Shown here piece by piece: positions 50,601 to 61,559 of a DNA stretch of 64,000 nucleotides (the stretch's first letter is position 1; each line of letters begins with the position of its first letter). The stretch comes from Sphaerodactylus townsendi (lineage: Eukaryota). A program made the translations under genes and the position numbers. The notes under the pieces are model-generated. The model was not told the origin of the DNA, did not search any database, and was given only the letters and a program-made list of their open reading frames with translations. Where the stretch lies: positions 1,116,001-1,180,000 of the forward strand of contig NW_025950341.1 of assembly GCF_021028975.2 (NCBI RefSeq). The letters run 5' to 3'.

Positions 50601-53600
50601 ACTTCATTTAGTAGAAAGAAAGCTGGATATGAAGTTTTACAAGATCATCTTCCATTGCAGAAATAGCTTCATGCTGCCATGTTGCTAAATTATCTTTGTT
50701 TTGTCTCACAACAGGCACACCCAGTAAAGAATCCACACCCAGCAAATTACACATGCTGCTTTTATTATCATGCCGCCGCCAGCTGGGTCCAAGTTGAGCC
50801 CTGCAGCAACACTGTAGGGGCTAATCTAACTCTCAAGCATTGGGGGTGTGGTTTCAGGAAGTGCCCATCGCCTTATACCACCAACAACTGAGAGTGAGCC
50901 AAAGCCCTGTGACAGATCACTGCCCTTTTCCACGCTGCACAGAACTGGACCTGTAAGGATCCTATTCCTAGAGGAACAAGTAAACTCCTTCTGTACATGA
51001 ACCTGGCAATAAATATTGTATTCAAGCAAAGGTTTTGTTCTTATACATTTCTTTGGGAGGAAAATGCACGAGGTTTAGTGGGATGTGTACAAATATGCAT
51101 GCATAGGATGAGCATCACATGTTAGTTTCTTGGTGTGAGAACAGCTGAATGAAGACTGCCATGTACTAACCTGCCACAGCAGTATCCAGTTCATCTTCCT
51201 CTAGGGATTCCTGAGTAGTGAAGCCAGTCAGAGGGGAAAATGGATAGCATGTGTTAAGATTCAAGCCTAGCATGAAATTGTGCACTTTGCCCGCTCGCCC
51301 TTCTCTGGTGTTGAAGAGGGCGCTGTCCCCCACAAGGGCCATAAACATTCTCTGGACCCAGCTTTCCTGGCTGCTGCGCTGATGCTCGTTTTCAGCATTA
51401 GGATTTTCCGAGCCTATATGCAGAAGATGAGTAGAGCAGTGATGGTCAGTACACAAAACATGACAAAGTCAATATTCATGAGACGATGTTTTTATAAATC
51501 AGCCATAAATCAGGAGGGACAGAGACTGGCCATATTTCTGCTCTAAATGGGCATCCCCGGGTACTTCCCCCCCCTTACAGAATCCCAAGCACATATTTAG
51601 GCTTGCAAACATGCACTGGGATCCTGTTTGGGAAAGGTAATAGCTGGGGAGTCATTCAAGTAAGAAAAATAGCTGGAAGGGAAAGGGGTGAACTTCTTAA
51701 CAAAAAAATGCATATATGCTGGTTGGTTGCCATGGGGCAAAAGGCAGTTTGCACAGCAGAAAGCCTCGCCTAACTGGACTTCCTATGCATTATAATGGTG
51801 GGATCAATCTTTTGACAAGGTCAGGGTTGTTGTTTTTTATCCACCAGCACCAAGGGCCAAAGGAAGAACTGACACCAGGAATAAGGGAGATCCATTTGTC
51901 TGGGCCATGTTACATGATAGTGTTCAACTTCATAAGATCTTCCCAAGTCATATTCAGCTCTACACACTCATACCAGAGATAAACAGCATTTGAGAATCCA
52001 AAATGGCTCACAGATGGTCTGACCCCAACAATTAATAAATGAAAGCTTTAGTTGATGCATATTAATTAAGTTTTCAAATGCCTACAGGCAATAACTAATG
52101 CCTACAGGCAATAACTAATGGTGTTCTAAAAGGGGGAAAAACCCACACAAAATCTTTAGGTGCACTGCCGGTAGCCTATGAAGAAAAAAACAGGTTTTAG
52201 TAATCACTGTGGAATTTAAAGTGGAAATGGCCAGCCACAAGGTTGGACATTTCCACTTCCATCTCCCATTCCCCCTGTGATTCATGCTCAAGGAAATCTG
52301 GTCTGATAAGAGCTATATTTATCAGCTGAGCTATGCCATATTCTCTTCACATAATTAATGTTAAATGCAAGTAAAACATTCCATGACAATGGGTGGCATG
52401 AGAAAGTGGAGCTAGTTTGACTAAATGGATAAGCAGGAGGGAAAATTCTTAGGCAAGAGGGAAACTTTATTTGCCAAATCTTTTTTTATCACTATTTTAA
52501 ATTGAGAGCAATATGTGAAAGGTCTAGACAACTCATTTAGTACTGTGTTCAAGTGGTCAGAAGATGACTGGCCCCTCATTGGATTATAAAGGTTCCCAAT
52601 CCAGAGGTTCGTGGCTGATATGACGTCAAAACATGAACATCTGAAGAACCAAAACTGACCTACCAACTCAGCAACTAGTCAAACCTGCACCCTCTCTGTC
52701 GCTTTCTCTCCAAGAAGGACCAGACCTGTTATACTTTGATAGAGAACCACTTGATACTTTACAGAAAGTTCAAATCCAGTAGTGCCTTAAAGACTGACTA
52801 GATTTCCAGTGTATAGTCAAAGCTCCCTTCAACAGATCTGTCAAAGGGAACTGTTGAAAACTTATAAACTGGAAATCTACTTGGTCATTAAGGTGCTACT
52901 GAACCTGAATCTTGTTCTATTGGTGACAAACATGGCTACCTATTGTATTTGTATGTTGAAGAATACCCAAAGTGCATATAAACAAAAGCTAGTGAAAGTA
53001 CAGACTCCTCCCTGTACTTTAACTTGTTAAACCCCTTTCTCATTCACATTAGGCAGATTTGTTCTGCTGGGTGCATAAATGTACATTTAAATGACTTTGT
53101 TTTTAATTCCCTTTGAACCAAGTATCAGGAAACATTTCATCAAAAAAACCTGCCTGTTCCTTTCATTTACCTCAACTAATGTACAATCTTATTCTTTCCT
53201 TTCCATTAAACCCTGCTTTGATGGGAAATGTTAAATTTTTTTGGTAGGCATGTGGAAATTGTCATGTTTGATGACTTCTCTTACCTTTTGGACCTTGTGA
53301 CTCATCATCGCTGTCTGAATCATTGCTCACTATATGCCTCAGTCTGATGTTTTCTGTGGAAAGAAAAGGCAGAAGAAATATGCTATTGCCTTAAAAGGCT
53401 GCATGAGAATGGAAGCAGCCAGAAATGCATGTGCTCTGACACTGGGTTTGTGTGCGCCTACTGCTTGCCCCCAAGGCTGTTTGCTCTGCAGGTTTCATAC
53501 CTTGCAACAAGGAACCCAGCCAATGTTGCTGCAGAAGCCACCAGTGAAGTAACATAAAGCTGCGTTCAAAGCATTAGTGAAGGAATGAGCGGACACCCCC

Positions 53601-56600
53601 CATTATCATCTGCATCATTCCTCAATAGGGTTAATATACTACAGACATAGTCTGCCATATTGACTGGTAAAGGATGCTGTGGAATTGGTTCTTCCCATTC
53701 CAAACCAAAACTTGGCTGTATCATAAATATTTCAGACAAGAAGAAGAGGAGGAGTTGGATTTATATCCCCTCTCTATCTCCTGTAAGGAGACTCAAAGGA
53801 GCTAACAAACACCTTTCCTTCCCCCCCAAAAAAGGGGGGGAGGGGAACAACAAGCATCCTGTGAGGTAGGTAGGGCTGAGAGAGTTCCAAAGAACTGTGA
53901 CTATCCCAAGGTCACCCAGGTGGAGTGTGTTGGAGTGCACAGGCTAATCTGAATTCCCCAGATAAGCCTCCACCGCTCAAGCGGCAGAACGGGGAATCAA
54001 ACCTGGTTCCTCCAAATTAGACAAAGACTTAAGCTTCTGTCCAGGATTGGCAGCCAGTGTATCCAGTCTAACCTTCAGCAATCCAGTCACATGACCTCTG
54101 TCTAAACTGAATTCAGCTTCAGGCAGCTCTCTTTCATCCACCCAACCACAGTCACCAAATAACTGGCTAGAACTTCTGGGGCAGCCTTTGGTCAACCTTC
54201 CATCAGCAGATATAACTAGGTGTCATCTGCATACTGATGACACCCAAGTCCAAAACTCCGGATTAGCCTGGCAAGAGGTCATATAAAGATGTTAAACAGA
54301 ATTGGTGAGAGAATGGCCCCTTATGGGACTCCAATGAATGGTGGGCAAATATCCTCTCACCAATTCCTATCCTCTGTCCTCAGCCCTGGAGAAATGAGCA
54401 CAGTCACTGCAAAACTCCCCCCAGAATTCCCATGTTGTCGAGTGATGTAAATGGGTTTTTGTTTCATGATTAATTTCATGACAAATGGGCTTTTTCATGA
54501 TTAATTAATTAATTATTTTCAGGATTGATTAATTCATTAAAGTTTCATGATTAATTTCTATAGAATTTGTGTGGATACTCCAACAGACTATTTTCTCATG
54601 AACACTGCTACAGATTCATCATAGAACCTGCTAAATCACAAAAACTTGAAAAGAGAATATTGTAGGTTTACTTTTCAATAGCTCAAAAAACCCTTGCACA
54701 GATGAATTGGGAGAGATACGCCTTTGGGAATATAAACAGAAAGATTCCTTCAAAGTATATTTGACTAAGACAGCTTTTACGACAGTTGAGCTCTTGCACA
54801 ATTTACATCTACGTGCATGTCCAATGCAGATTTATCACAATTATGTCACGGCAGATTTACATATTTCTCATGCGATCTTCCCAGATCTACTGTTACTCAG
54901 CAATGCTCAAACTGTTCTAAATGCTAACAGCATATAATAAAGCAAAGTGGCAGACATTTATGTGGGATGAGGAGACAAGACAAAAGAAACAACCTAAAAA
55001 GGACTCAAAGCCACATACTCTGGTTTTAAACACCTTGGCTTTAATTCAAACAGTTGAAACCAAGAGCTTCAATGCGTTAATTTGGTTTTGCAGATGCATT
55101 TGGCCAATTAGATATAAAGTCCTAATGCCTCTTAAACACATTAAACTACTGAGTTCAATTAGGATAGCACGGTTGAGCAACATGTTGGTGCAACCACATT
55201 CATAATTCAGATTTGTGAAATTCCATATTAAAGGACAAACAATCCTAGTGCTTCAGCTGGTTTCCAATGAACAAGCTGGACAAGTTTTACAAAATTATTA
55301 GAGGGAGTTTACATTTAGGCTGCATTAAAATGAAGCACAACTAGTAAAATTGACACTGTGCTCTTAATCACACTTTGCACCTTGCCACCAGGAAAAGCAT
55401 TAGAGAGCCAATATTGTTTAGTAGTTAAAGCAATGGCCTCTGACAGGTAGCTCATAAGCTACCAACAGCTTGAAATCTGATGCAGAGTAGTTCAAGTGTC
55501 CCCTAGAAGACCCAGGAAAAGAGTGCAAGATTTTTCCCTGGTCTGCTAAGCTGCTAACTTCCTTTCCTGGGTTCTTCCTCATGAACATTTGCTGTTCCTA
55601 GGAAAGAACAAAAGTTGGCAACATGCTGGGGGGGAGTAACTTTTATTATTATTGCAGGTCACTTAAAAAAATAATAATACCTAGTTCTTCTTCCATTGTC
55701 GGCCCTTTATTTTGGGAATTGGAAACTCCAAGGACTCTGTTGAATAGTATAGCAAATGCACTTCCCCAGATACCTGAATAAAACAAAATATTCATTAATT
55801 TTAAGATTTGATAATAATTACGCAAGTGAAGCACACTGAACATTGTATTAAGTGATATTTTATCATTCATTTCTACCTCACAAAGGATATTTCAGTCATA
55901 CTATCATAAGTCATACTCCAAGACAACACACAACCATTATACTCGGCAAAAGAGCCTATAATTCTTCATCAATACTTAATTCAAACTTCAAAGAATATTT
56001 AATAAATACAAATGAGACTTTGTGGCACACTGAACACATCCCTGACATTTTATTCCTAGCACATAAAGGGATAACACTTTCACCCATAAATCTTAGTAGG
56101 AATAAGTTCTTTGCTAAGTAATGCAAGTATATACAAATACCAATAGGCAATTGAAGTCACTGGGCTTAGAAGTTTATAACTCTGCTAGGACTGCACTGTA
56201 AATTGTTTTGAGAGACAGATAATTCCATGGTAAGTTGCATAAAGATCTGGAGCAAATCTGAATGTTGCATTTGCATGGACATGGGTGATTTTTCTTGATT
56301 GCTTTATCTTGCAAGCATCAGCCACTGAACGGGCCATAGGCAAGCAAACTAGCCAGTAGTCCAGCTCACATAAATAATACTCTGGAAGAGTGAGAAATTT
56401 ACTATGGGAACCTAATATCTAGACCAGCTCTCACTAGCAACAAATAAGAGGAAGAGGGTCTGTATGGTGAACTGACAACATTCCTAAAGAACCTGTTTTA
56501 CATTGCATAACATATTCTTGCTGACCTGGCTATAAAATGAGATTTGATGCATTGGAAAACAATGCACAGTGCTAATCCCAAGAACTCTTATAAACTAAAA

Positions 56601-57125
56601 CAGCAGTCAAAACCATTCTCTCATCCACATACCAAGCAGGATAATTCAAACAGGTTGTGACACTCAATTTAACAAACAAAAATATCAGCAAGTCTCAAAT
56701 TCAGATCTCAACCATGAAACCGCTTGGCAAATTAGCATCTCAGACCAGCATCTTAACACAGCACACTGTGGGAATACTGACCTATTTTAGTCAAATTTGC
56801 TATGAGATACTTGAAGCACTGAGGGTAAGTGCTATACAAACAGATCACATTTCCTTTTGTTATAGTGTTCTCAGAAATAAACAAACCATACCTTAAATAC
56901 TGAACAGTAAGCTTTTACTGGAAGGTTTAAAGGTTGCTCAGTGTTTAGGAGTGGGGTTTGCAGGAGGGGGGACACTCAGTTGCTTACCCATTAAGAAATG
57001 CAAGGGGTTCTCTGTGTATCTTTTCACTTCAGTTCCCATAAAAAATCTGCTGCCAAACAAATTGGGAGGCATGAAGGTGCCGTATTTAGCCATCCCAATT
57101 TCATAGGGACTGAATTCCACCCAAT
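32530..57125 (-). CDS. PLA2G4A: PLA2G4A (cPLA2-alpha), 3' part of the gene; spliced CDS of 8 exons (57125-56988, 55773-55681, 53353-53285, 51413-51171, 42057-41873, 37092-36897, 35775-35618, 32658-32530); 5' exons lie beyond the window
   Basis: Exon translations match the cPLA2-alpha catalytic domain and C-terminus (DWVEFSPYEIGMAKYG...VVDSGLTFNLPYP...NPSRCSVSLS). All junctions are AG/GT and phases are compatible: 1211 nt = 2 + 403 codons including the stop. Confidence 0.98.
33545..33617 (+). mobile_element. Penelope-like 3' end fragment
   Basis: catggccacacagcccagaaaaccc...ggccgtgaaagcttttgacaata. Confidence 0.65.
35618..35775 (-). CDS. PLA2G4A: PLA2G4A exon (158 nt): GVPRDTQEEKDFADFDIFDDP...NTLNNLD
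   Basis: Acceptor tttactcatag, donor gtaagt. Confidence 0.97.
36897..37092 (-). CDS. PLA2G4A: PLA2G4A exon (196 nt): EILLAEKWAKMNKLPFPKIDP...ANINFRKFKAP-G
   Basis: Acceptor ttttccccccag, donor gtgagt. Confidence 0.97.
38148..38330 (+). mobile_element. 5S rRNA-derived SINE with a Sauria/BovB-like tail
   Basis: aagcagggtctgtcctggtagttcttggatggaagacc (5S internal control region remnant) then ggccataagttgcctgtgacttggtggcac. Confidence 0.7.
38610..38830 (+). mobile_element. Squam3-like tRNA SINE
   Basis: gactctagtctggagaacaggg...ctctcagccccacctacttcacaagg...tataaaaacctactcttct. Confidence 0.8.
41277..41421. mobile_element. Palindromic hAT MITE (same family as 5414-5559)
   Basis: TIR cagtggtggcgaac; perfect TSD ctctagtg. 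Confidence 0.93.
41873..42057 (-). CDS. PLA2G4A: PLA2G4A exon (185 nt) containing the catalytic Asp (VVDSGL, D549 equivalent)
   Basis: Acceptor cattcttactag, donor gtgagc; DPDEFDRIYEPLDVQSKKIHVVDSGLTFNLPYPLILRPQRGVDLIISFDFSARPSDSSPPFK. Confidence 0.98.
42404..42653. mobile_element. PIF/Harbinger MITE
   Basis: Long TIR ggggctttccccacttaccatttgc / gcaaatggtaagtggggaaagcacc; 3-bp flanks aat / att. Confidence 0.85.
42796..42943. mobile_element. Palindromic hAT MITE
   Basis: TIR caggggtagggaacc; perfect TSD ttctacac; near-perfect 148-bp palindrome. Confidence 0.94.
43375..43580 (+). mobile_element. 5S-derived SINE
   Basis: aagttaagcagggtcaaatctggttagtgcttggatgggagg head; gacttgacagcattttccaccacc tail. 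Confidence 0.7.
45161..45617 (+). mobile_element. Non-autonomous hAT (Buster-type)
   Basis: TIR cagtggtggcgaacc / ggttcgccatcgctg; perfect TSD tcataaga. Confidence 0.93.
45983..46405. mobile_element. Squam3-like SINE (+, ~45983-46212) and 5S-derived SINE (-, ~46240-46405)
   Basis: gtgtaatagttaagagtggtggactctaatctggaga head; ctgcttagcttctgagatctgatgagatcaggc is a reverse 5S-like head. Confidence 0.75.
47010..47225 (-). mobile_element. tRNA-derived SINE
   Basis: ggggattcaaacctgg B-box and ctctaaccactacacc A-box, both in reverse. Confidence 0.75.
47541..47672. other. Assembly gap (132 N)
   Basis: Run of N in a PLA2G4A intron. Confidence 1.
47858..48123. mobile_element. hAT MITE
   Basis: Perfect TSD gtttggtg; degenerate TIR cataggcaaag / ctatgactctg. 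Confidence 0.75.
50283..50495 (+). mobile_element. tRNA-derived SINE (Squam2-like)
   Basis: tggctcaaccgtagagcacctgcttggcatg...agcttcaatcaccgacatctcca tRNA head; gatggaccaatgatctgattcag LINE-like tail. Confidence 0.8.
51171..51413 (-). CDS. PLA2G4A: PLA2G4A exon (243 nt) incl. REGRAGKVHNF, MAPK site (PFSP, S505 equivalent) and DELD
   Basis: Acceptor ctgcatatag, donor gttagt; peptide contained in ORF 51166..51456. Confidence 0.97.
53285..53353 (-). CDS. PLA2G4A: PLA2G4A exon (69 nt): ENIRLRHIVSNDSDSDDESQGPK-G (absent from ORF track)
   Basis: Read manually: acceptor cttttctttccacag, donor gtaaga; matches human ENITTKHIVSNDSSDSDDESHEPK minus one Ser; phase 1/1 fits both neighbours. Confidence 0.94.
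53738..54038 (-). mobile_element. Squam3-like SINE (same subfamily as 3169-3464)
   Basis: Reverse complement of the 3169 element including aggctaatctgaattccccagataagcctcc. Confidence 0.85.
54040..54442 (-). mobile_element. L2 LINE RT fragment
   Basis: GVP*GAILSPILFNIFI*PLARLIRSFGLGCHQYADDT*LYL...WMKESCLKLN. Confidence 0.85.
55681..55773 (-). CDS. PLA2G4A: PLA2G4A exon (93 nt): GIWGSAFAILFNRVLGVSNSQNKGPTMEEEL
   Basis: Acceptor ttttattcag, donor gtatta; matches human VWGSAFSILFNRVLGVS. Confidence 0.96.
   Translation of the reverse strand, partial: VSGEVHLLYYSTESLEFPIPKIKGRQWKKN
56988..57125 (-). CDS. PLA2G4A: PLA2G4A exon (138 nt): DWVEFSPYEIGMAKYGTFMPPNLFGSRFFMGTEVKRYTENPLHFLM-G
   Basis: Acceptor ttcttccgtacag, donor gtaagc; near-identical to the human peptide. 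Confidence 0.97.
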
Positions 57126-57937
57126 CTGTACGGAAGAAAGAAAATAGAGAACGCTGCTTAGGGCACAACAAAACAAAGCAAAACAAAACAAAATACAAAA
57201 TAGGTATGATCCCCATGGATGGAGGGTTCTTAAAGGCTCAACAGAAATCTGTCTCCTTCCTGTCTTCCTACACAGGTGTGCATGCAGGCAGCATAACAAG
57301 CCATCAGGGGTCACTGGGAACCTTTGCATACCACTTAGATATTCACACACACTCTCCCTCCTTCTGATATAAGTTGCACAAGAATCTTTCTCCAGGCAAT
57401 GCTATAAATGGGATTGGAAGCATGCCCATTCTTCCAGTGGTCCCCTTTTATTGCCTGCTTGTTTATGCAAACAGGACAGGTTGGAAAATAGAGCTTTGCT
57501 GAGAATCTCCATGCACTAACACTGCTTCTGTGATGACCTGGATCATGTCCCTTGCATGTAAATGACATAATCATAGATGACTTGGCTCTTCATTAAAGAC
57601 AACAGAAAAAAAACTTCAAGAAGCAAAGCTACATAATAATAATGAAGCCACAGTTAATTATAAAAGAATGAATATGTTGGGGATTCATTCGGATTCTATC
57701 ATATACTTGTTGAAGAAGCAGAATCCAACACAAAAAGCTTCTTACTGAGTGATGTTATTTCATTTATATAAAACATATCTATACTGTCTTTCCACCCAGG
57801 TAGAGTTTCCAGGGCAACAGAATATCAAACATTAAAACATTGCAAATAAAGTAGGTAGAACATGGGTTGTGGTGGAGCCTAGGTTAGAAGGGTGTGTTCT
57901 AAAATGAATTTTCCTGAGAGTTATTTCCATCTTATTC

Positions 57938-58085
57938 CTGTGTCTGGCATCTTCAGAGGATCCTCTGAAGATGCCAGCCACAGATGCAGGTGGAATGTCA
58001 GGAGAAAATGCTACTAGAACATGGCCATACAGCCCGGAAACCACACAACACCCCAGTGATTCTGGCCGTGAAAGCCTTCGACAAA
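57938..58085 (+). mobile_element. Penelope-like end with a 5' inverted duplication and a decayed hammerhead core
   Basis: ctggcatcttcagagga|tcctctgaagatgccag palindrome followed by catggccatacagcccggaaa...gccttcgacaa. Confidence 0.8.
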
Positions 58086-58198
58086 GTATATAAACAATAA
58101 TAAAAACATACAGACATAACATCAACTACCCAGGAAGAGGCCAATAACAGTTATGAGTATGGACTTCCATTATATAAGTTATGGATAAATAAAATCAA

Positions 58199-58200
58199 CT

Positions 58201-58280
<80 letters not shown>
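58199..58280 (+). repeat. (TTTC)n microsatellite, about 20 units
   Basis: Uninterrupted repeat. Confidence 0.98.
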
Positions 58281-59072
58281 GGCCAGAAGTCATTTCGTTT
58301 TAGGGCTAATTATAAAATTATGTCTCCACAAGAAGTTCACTGGGGAAAACACATACTTATTGGCAACCCTAAAGGTAAAGAATAGTATGGAGACACTGAG
58401 CAAAGTCAGGCCTATCAGGATGGAACACAATTTACAAAGCTTTGGACTGATTTGTGGAAGTAGCTATCATGCCAAAACATTCTTGTGGCAGCTTTCATGT
58501 AGAGCCATAATATTTGAACTGGCTCAAAATCAATTACAGCCTTCAGAAAGAAACATGTTGGAAAGCAAGTGGCAGTGTAGTAATACTTCCATGTTAGTTC
58601 TAGTGAATTTGGAACTGGGTAAAAGTGGTATTCAAAGAAACATCCTACTCTTAGGAGACCATGACTTGGATCCACCAGAGCAGTTCTGCAGACAGGAGGA
58701 GTTCTGCCCAAGCAGCACAGTATTTTCTCTTATCTCCTCCTACTGGAGCCAAGAAAAGCATGTTCCACAGTCAGAAACCCTTTCATCTGCAGAAACACTA
58801 CAAGTCAGAGTACGTTCTAAGCTCTGGTGGAACTACTGAGAAGCAATGATGCTAATTATCTGTTTTTCCCCATAAGGGGTTCCATACAAACCACAAAGCT
58901 AGATCTCAGACCAAGGCCTGCTTTATTATCTGTTTGTTTCCTAAGATGAATGTGAGAAGATTACAAAGAAGTTACAAAAACTAGGGAGTTTCCCAGTGAC
59001 AATACCTGGTGGCAGAGAAGCCATCAAAACATAGAAAATACAGAATTTCAGTTACAACTATATTCAAATATA

Positions 59073-60263
59073 CAGAGGCGTTCTTGCCATTGGGTAAAGT
59101 GGGCAGTTGCCCAGGGCACTCCCTTGTGGGGGGCGCAAAAACTGCAGGTTTGTTTGTGAAATTTTTGTATTTTCAGTGTTTTTTTGGTTTTTGGCCTGCA
59201 GAGGGCGCAGTTTTTAGGCTAGCAGCACAAACATTTCAGGGATTTTTCGGGAGACTCTCCTGATGATATCATCCAGGTTTGGTGAGGTTTAGTTTAGGGA
59301 GTCCAAAATTATGGACACCCAAATGGAGTGCCCCCATACCTCATTGTTTCCAATGGGAGCTAATAGGAAATGGGGGCTACACCTTTGAGGGTCCATAACT
59401 TTGGACCCCCTGAACCAAACTTCACCAAACCTGGGTGGTATCATCAGTAGGGTCTCATGAAGATACTCTGAAATTTTGGTGCTGATATCTTAATCATTTC
59501 ACCCCTTACAACAGGCACCCCCTAAATTTCCCCAGATTCTCCTTTTAAATCCACCCCTTCCCAAGCAATGCTTTGTTTTCTTTCTCTTTCTTTTATTCTC
59601 CTCAATGCCTAATAAAGGTTATTATTATTAGTAGTAAATCCACCCCCTTTGGCATGGATTTAAAGGGAGAATCTGAGGTCCCCAGTTTAAACATTGAAAG
59701 TGATGCTGTTTCAGGGGAGGACTCCACCCCAAAACAAAGAGTCATTCTGTCAATAATGTTGTTTAAACTGGGGACCCCAGATTCTCCCTTTAAAGTGGAT
59801 TTAAAAGGAGAAACTGGGCTCCCTCGTTTAAACACCATTGAAAATAATGCTGTTTGGGGGTGGATTCCAGCATCACTTGTTTAAACTAGGGAGCCCAGAA
59901 TCTCCTTTTAAATCCACCTTAAAGGGAGAATCTGGGATCCCCAATTTAAATAACATTGAAAGTGATGCTGTTTCCCCCAATTGGGGGGACTAGATACAAC
60001 ACCATAAAATGTTTTCATAGCAGTAATAAAACATTTTGAAAGCATTTTAAAAATATTTTCAAAAATTTTTCTGCTGTGTGTCATGGCCCATTGCTGTGTT
60101 CAGATTTGTGAGTTGGGGTATGTTCTATAATGTGATGGTGACTTTGAAACGACCTGGTGGAAAAAATCATTGTTTGGTCATGGTGGGGGAGGGTGGCTGC
60201 CCATGGGGGGGGCATCAAACTCAGGTTTTGCCCAGGGCTCCAGTTTGCCTAGGTACGCCACTG
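59073..60263. mobile_element. 1.19-kb non-autonomous hAT element with internal repeat modules
   Basis: TIR cagaggcgttctt / aggtacgccactg; TSD caaatata / aaaatata. Confidence 0.85.
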
Positions 60264-60580
60264 AAAATATATGACTATTTCAGTTAAACAACATCACATT
60301 TTGTCCAAAAAAAGAAGAAACTGGAAAAAATGGCATGTGGGAATTTCCCATTCTAATATGAATATCTTTTCAATTAGTGAAAATATGTCACATTACCATG
60401 CAAAGTATTAGCCTTGGTTTATTGCCTTGACCCTGGTTTTGATCCCAAACGTATAGTGACATCATAGTGTAACTTGTTGAGGCCTGCCTCTAGAGGTTAC
60501 TTCTAAAAGAAAACAGCAGTGAGTCTCTTCAACAGAAAAGAAATGTGAGCACACTGCCTTAGTTATTTTCTCAGTGTATA

Positions 60581-61559
60581 CAAGGACGTAGGTAAGGGAG
60601 GTTTCTCGGGTTCAACCCCCCCCATTGCATGTCCGAAGCTCCGCCCCATTTGTGTTTTTTTTATTTTAAGTGTTTTTTCGGTTTTTGGCCTGCAGGGGGT
60701 GCATTTTTTTGATAGCTACACCAAACTTTCAGGATATCATCAAGTAACACTCCTGATGATACCAGCCAAGTTTAGTGAAGTTTGGTTCAGGGGGTCCAAA
60801 GTTGTGGACCTCCAAAGGGGGTGCCCCATCCCCCATTGTTTCCAATGGGAGACAATAGTAGATGGGGCCACCCATTTGAGGGTCCATATTTTTGGATCTC
60901 CTGAACCAACTTTGCTAAACCTAGGTGGTATCATCAGAAAAGTCTCCTACTGACACCCCCCAGGTTTGGTGAAGGTTGGCTCAGGAGGTCCAAAGATATG
61001 GACTCCCAAAAGTGGTGCCCCATCCCCCACTGATTCCAATAGGATTTAAAGGGAGAATCTGAGATTAAACCTTGAAAGTGATGCTGTTTCAGGGTGGGGG
61101 ATAATCCACCCCAAAACAGCATCACTTTCAATGTTGTTTTAACTGGGGACCCCAGATTCTCCCTTTAAGATGGTTTTAAAAGGATAATCTGGGATCCCTA
61201 ACTTAAACATAATTGAAAGTGATGCTGTTTGGGGGTGGATTTCAGCATCACAGCAGCCACCCATGGGGGGGCCCCACAAACCTCAGGTTTTGCACCAGGC
61301 TCCATTTTCCCTAGCTACCCCTCTGCTTGCAAGGGAGGGAGAAGGGACTGCCAGCTACCAGCTGGGAGCCCAGCCGGTGGGGGAGCGGGGCGGGGCAGGC
61401 AGAGCAGGGGAATCTGCCATCTCTGGCCTTGGAGAGCTGCTTTTATAAGCACTGAGGCCAGGGGTGGGTCTTGGGGAGGTGTGGCCATGCCCCCAGGGGC
61501 GGGTGGGGGCGTGGCCTTTCCCCCGAACCCCCCATAAAAGATCTATACCTATGTCACTG
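60581..61559. mobile_element. 0.98-kb non-autonomous hAT element sharing internal modules with 59073-60263
   Basis: TIR caaggacgtaggta / tacctatgtcactg; perfect TSD agtgtata. Confidence 0.88.

Noticed and set aside
58279-58839. 186-aa plus-strand ORF
   Set aside because: Starts at TTG beside a microsatellite, antisense within an intron, no recognisable homology.
59500-60000. Interspaced repeats resembling a CRISPR array
   Set aside because: Eukaryotic intron; repeats are degenerate, in both orientations and inside a TSD-bounded hAT element; no cas genes.
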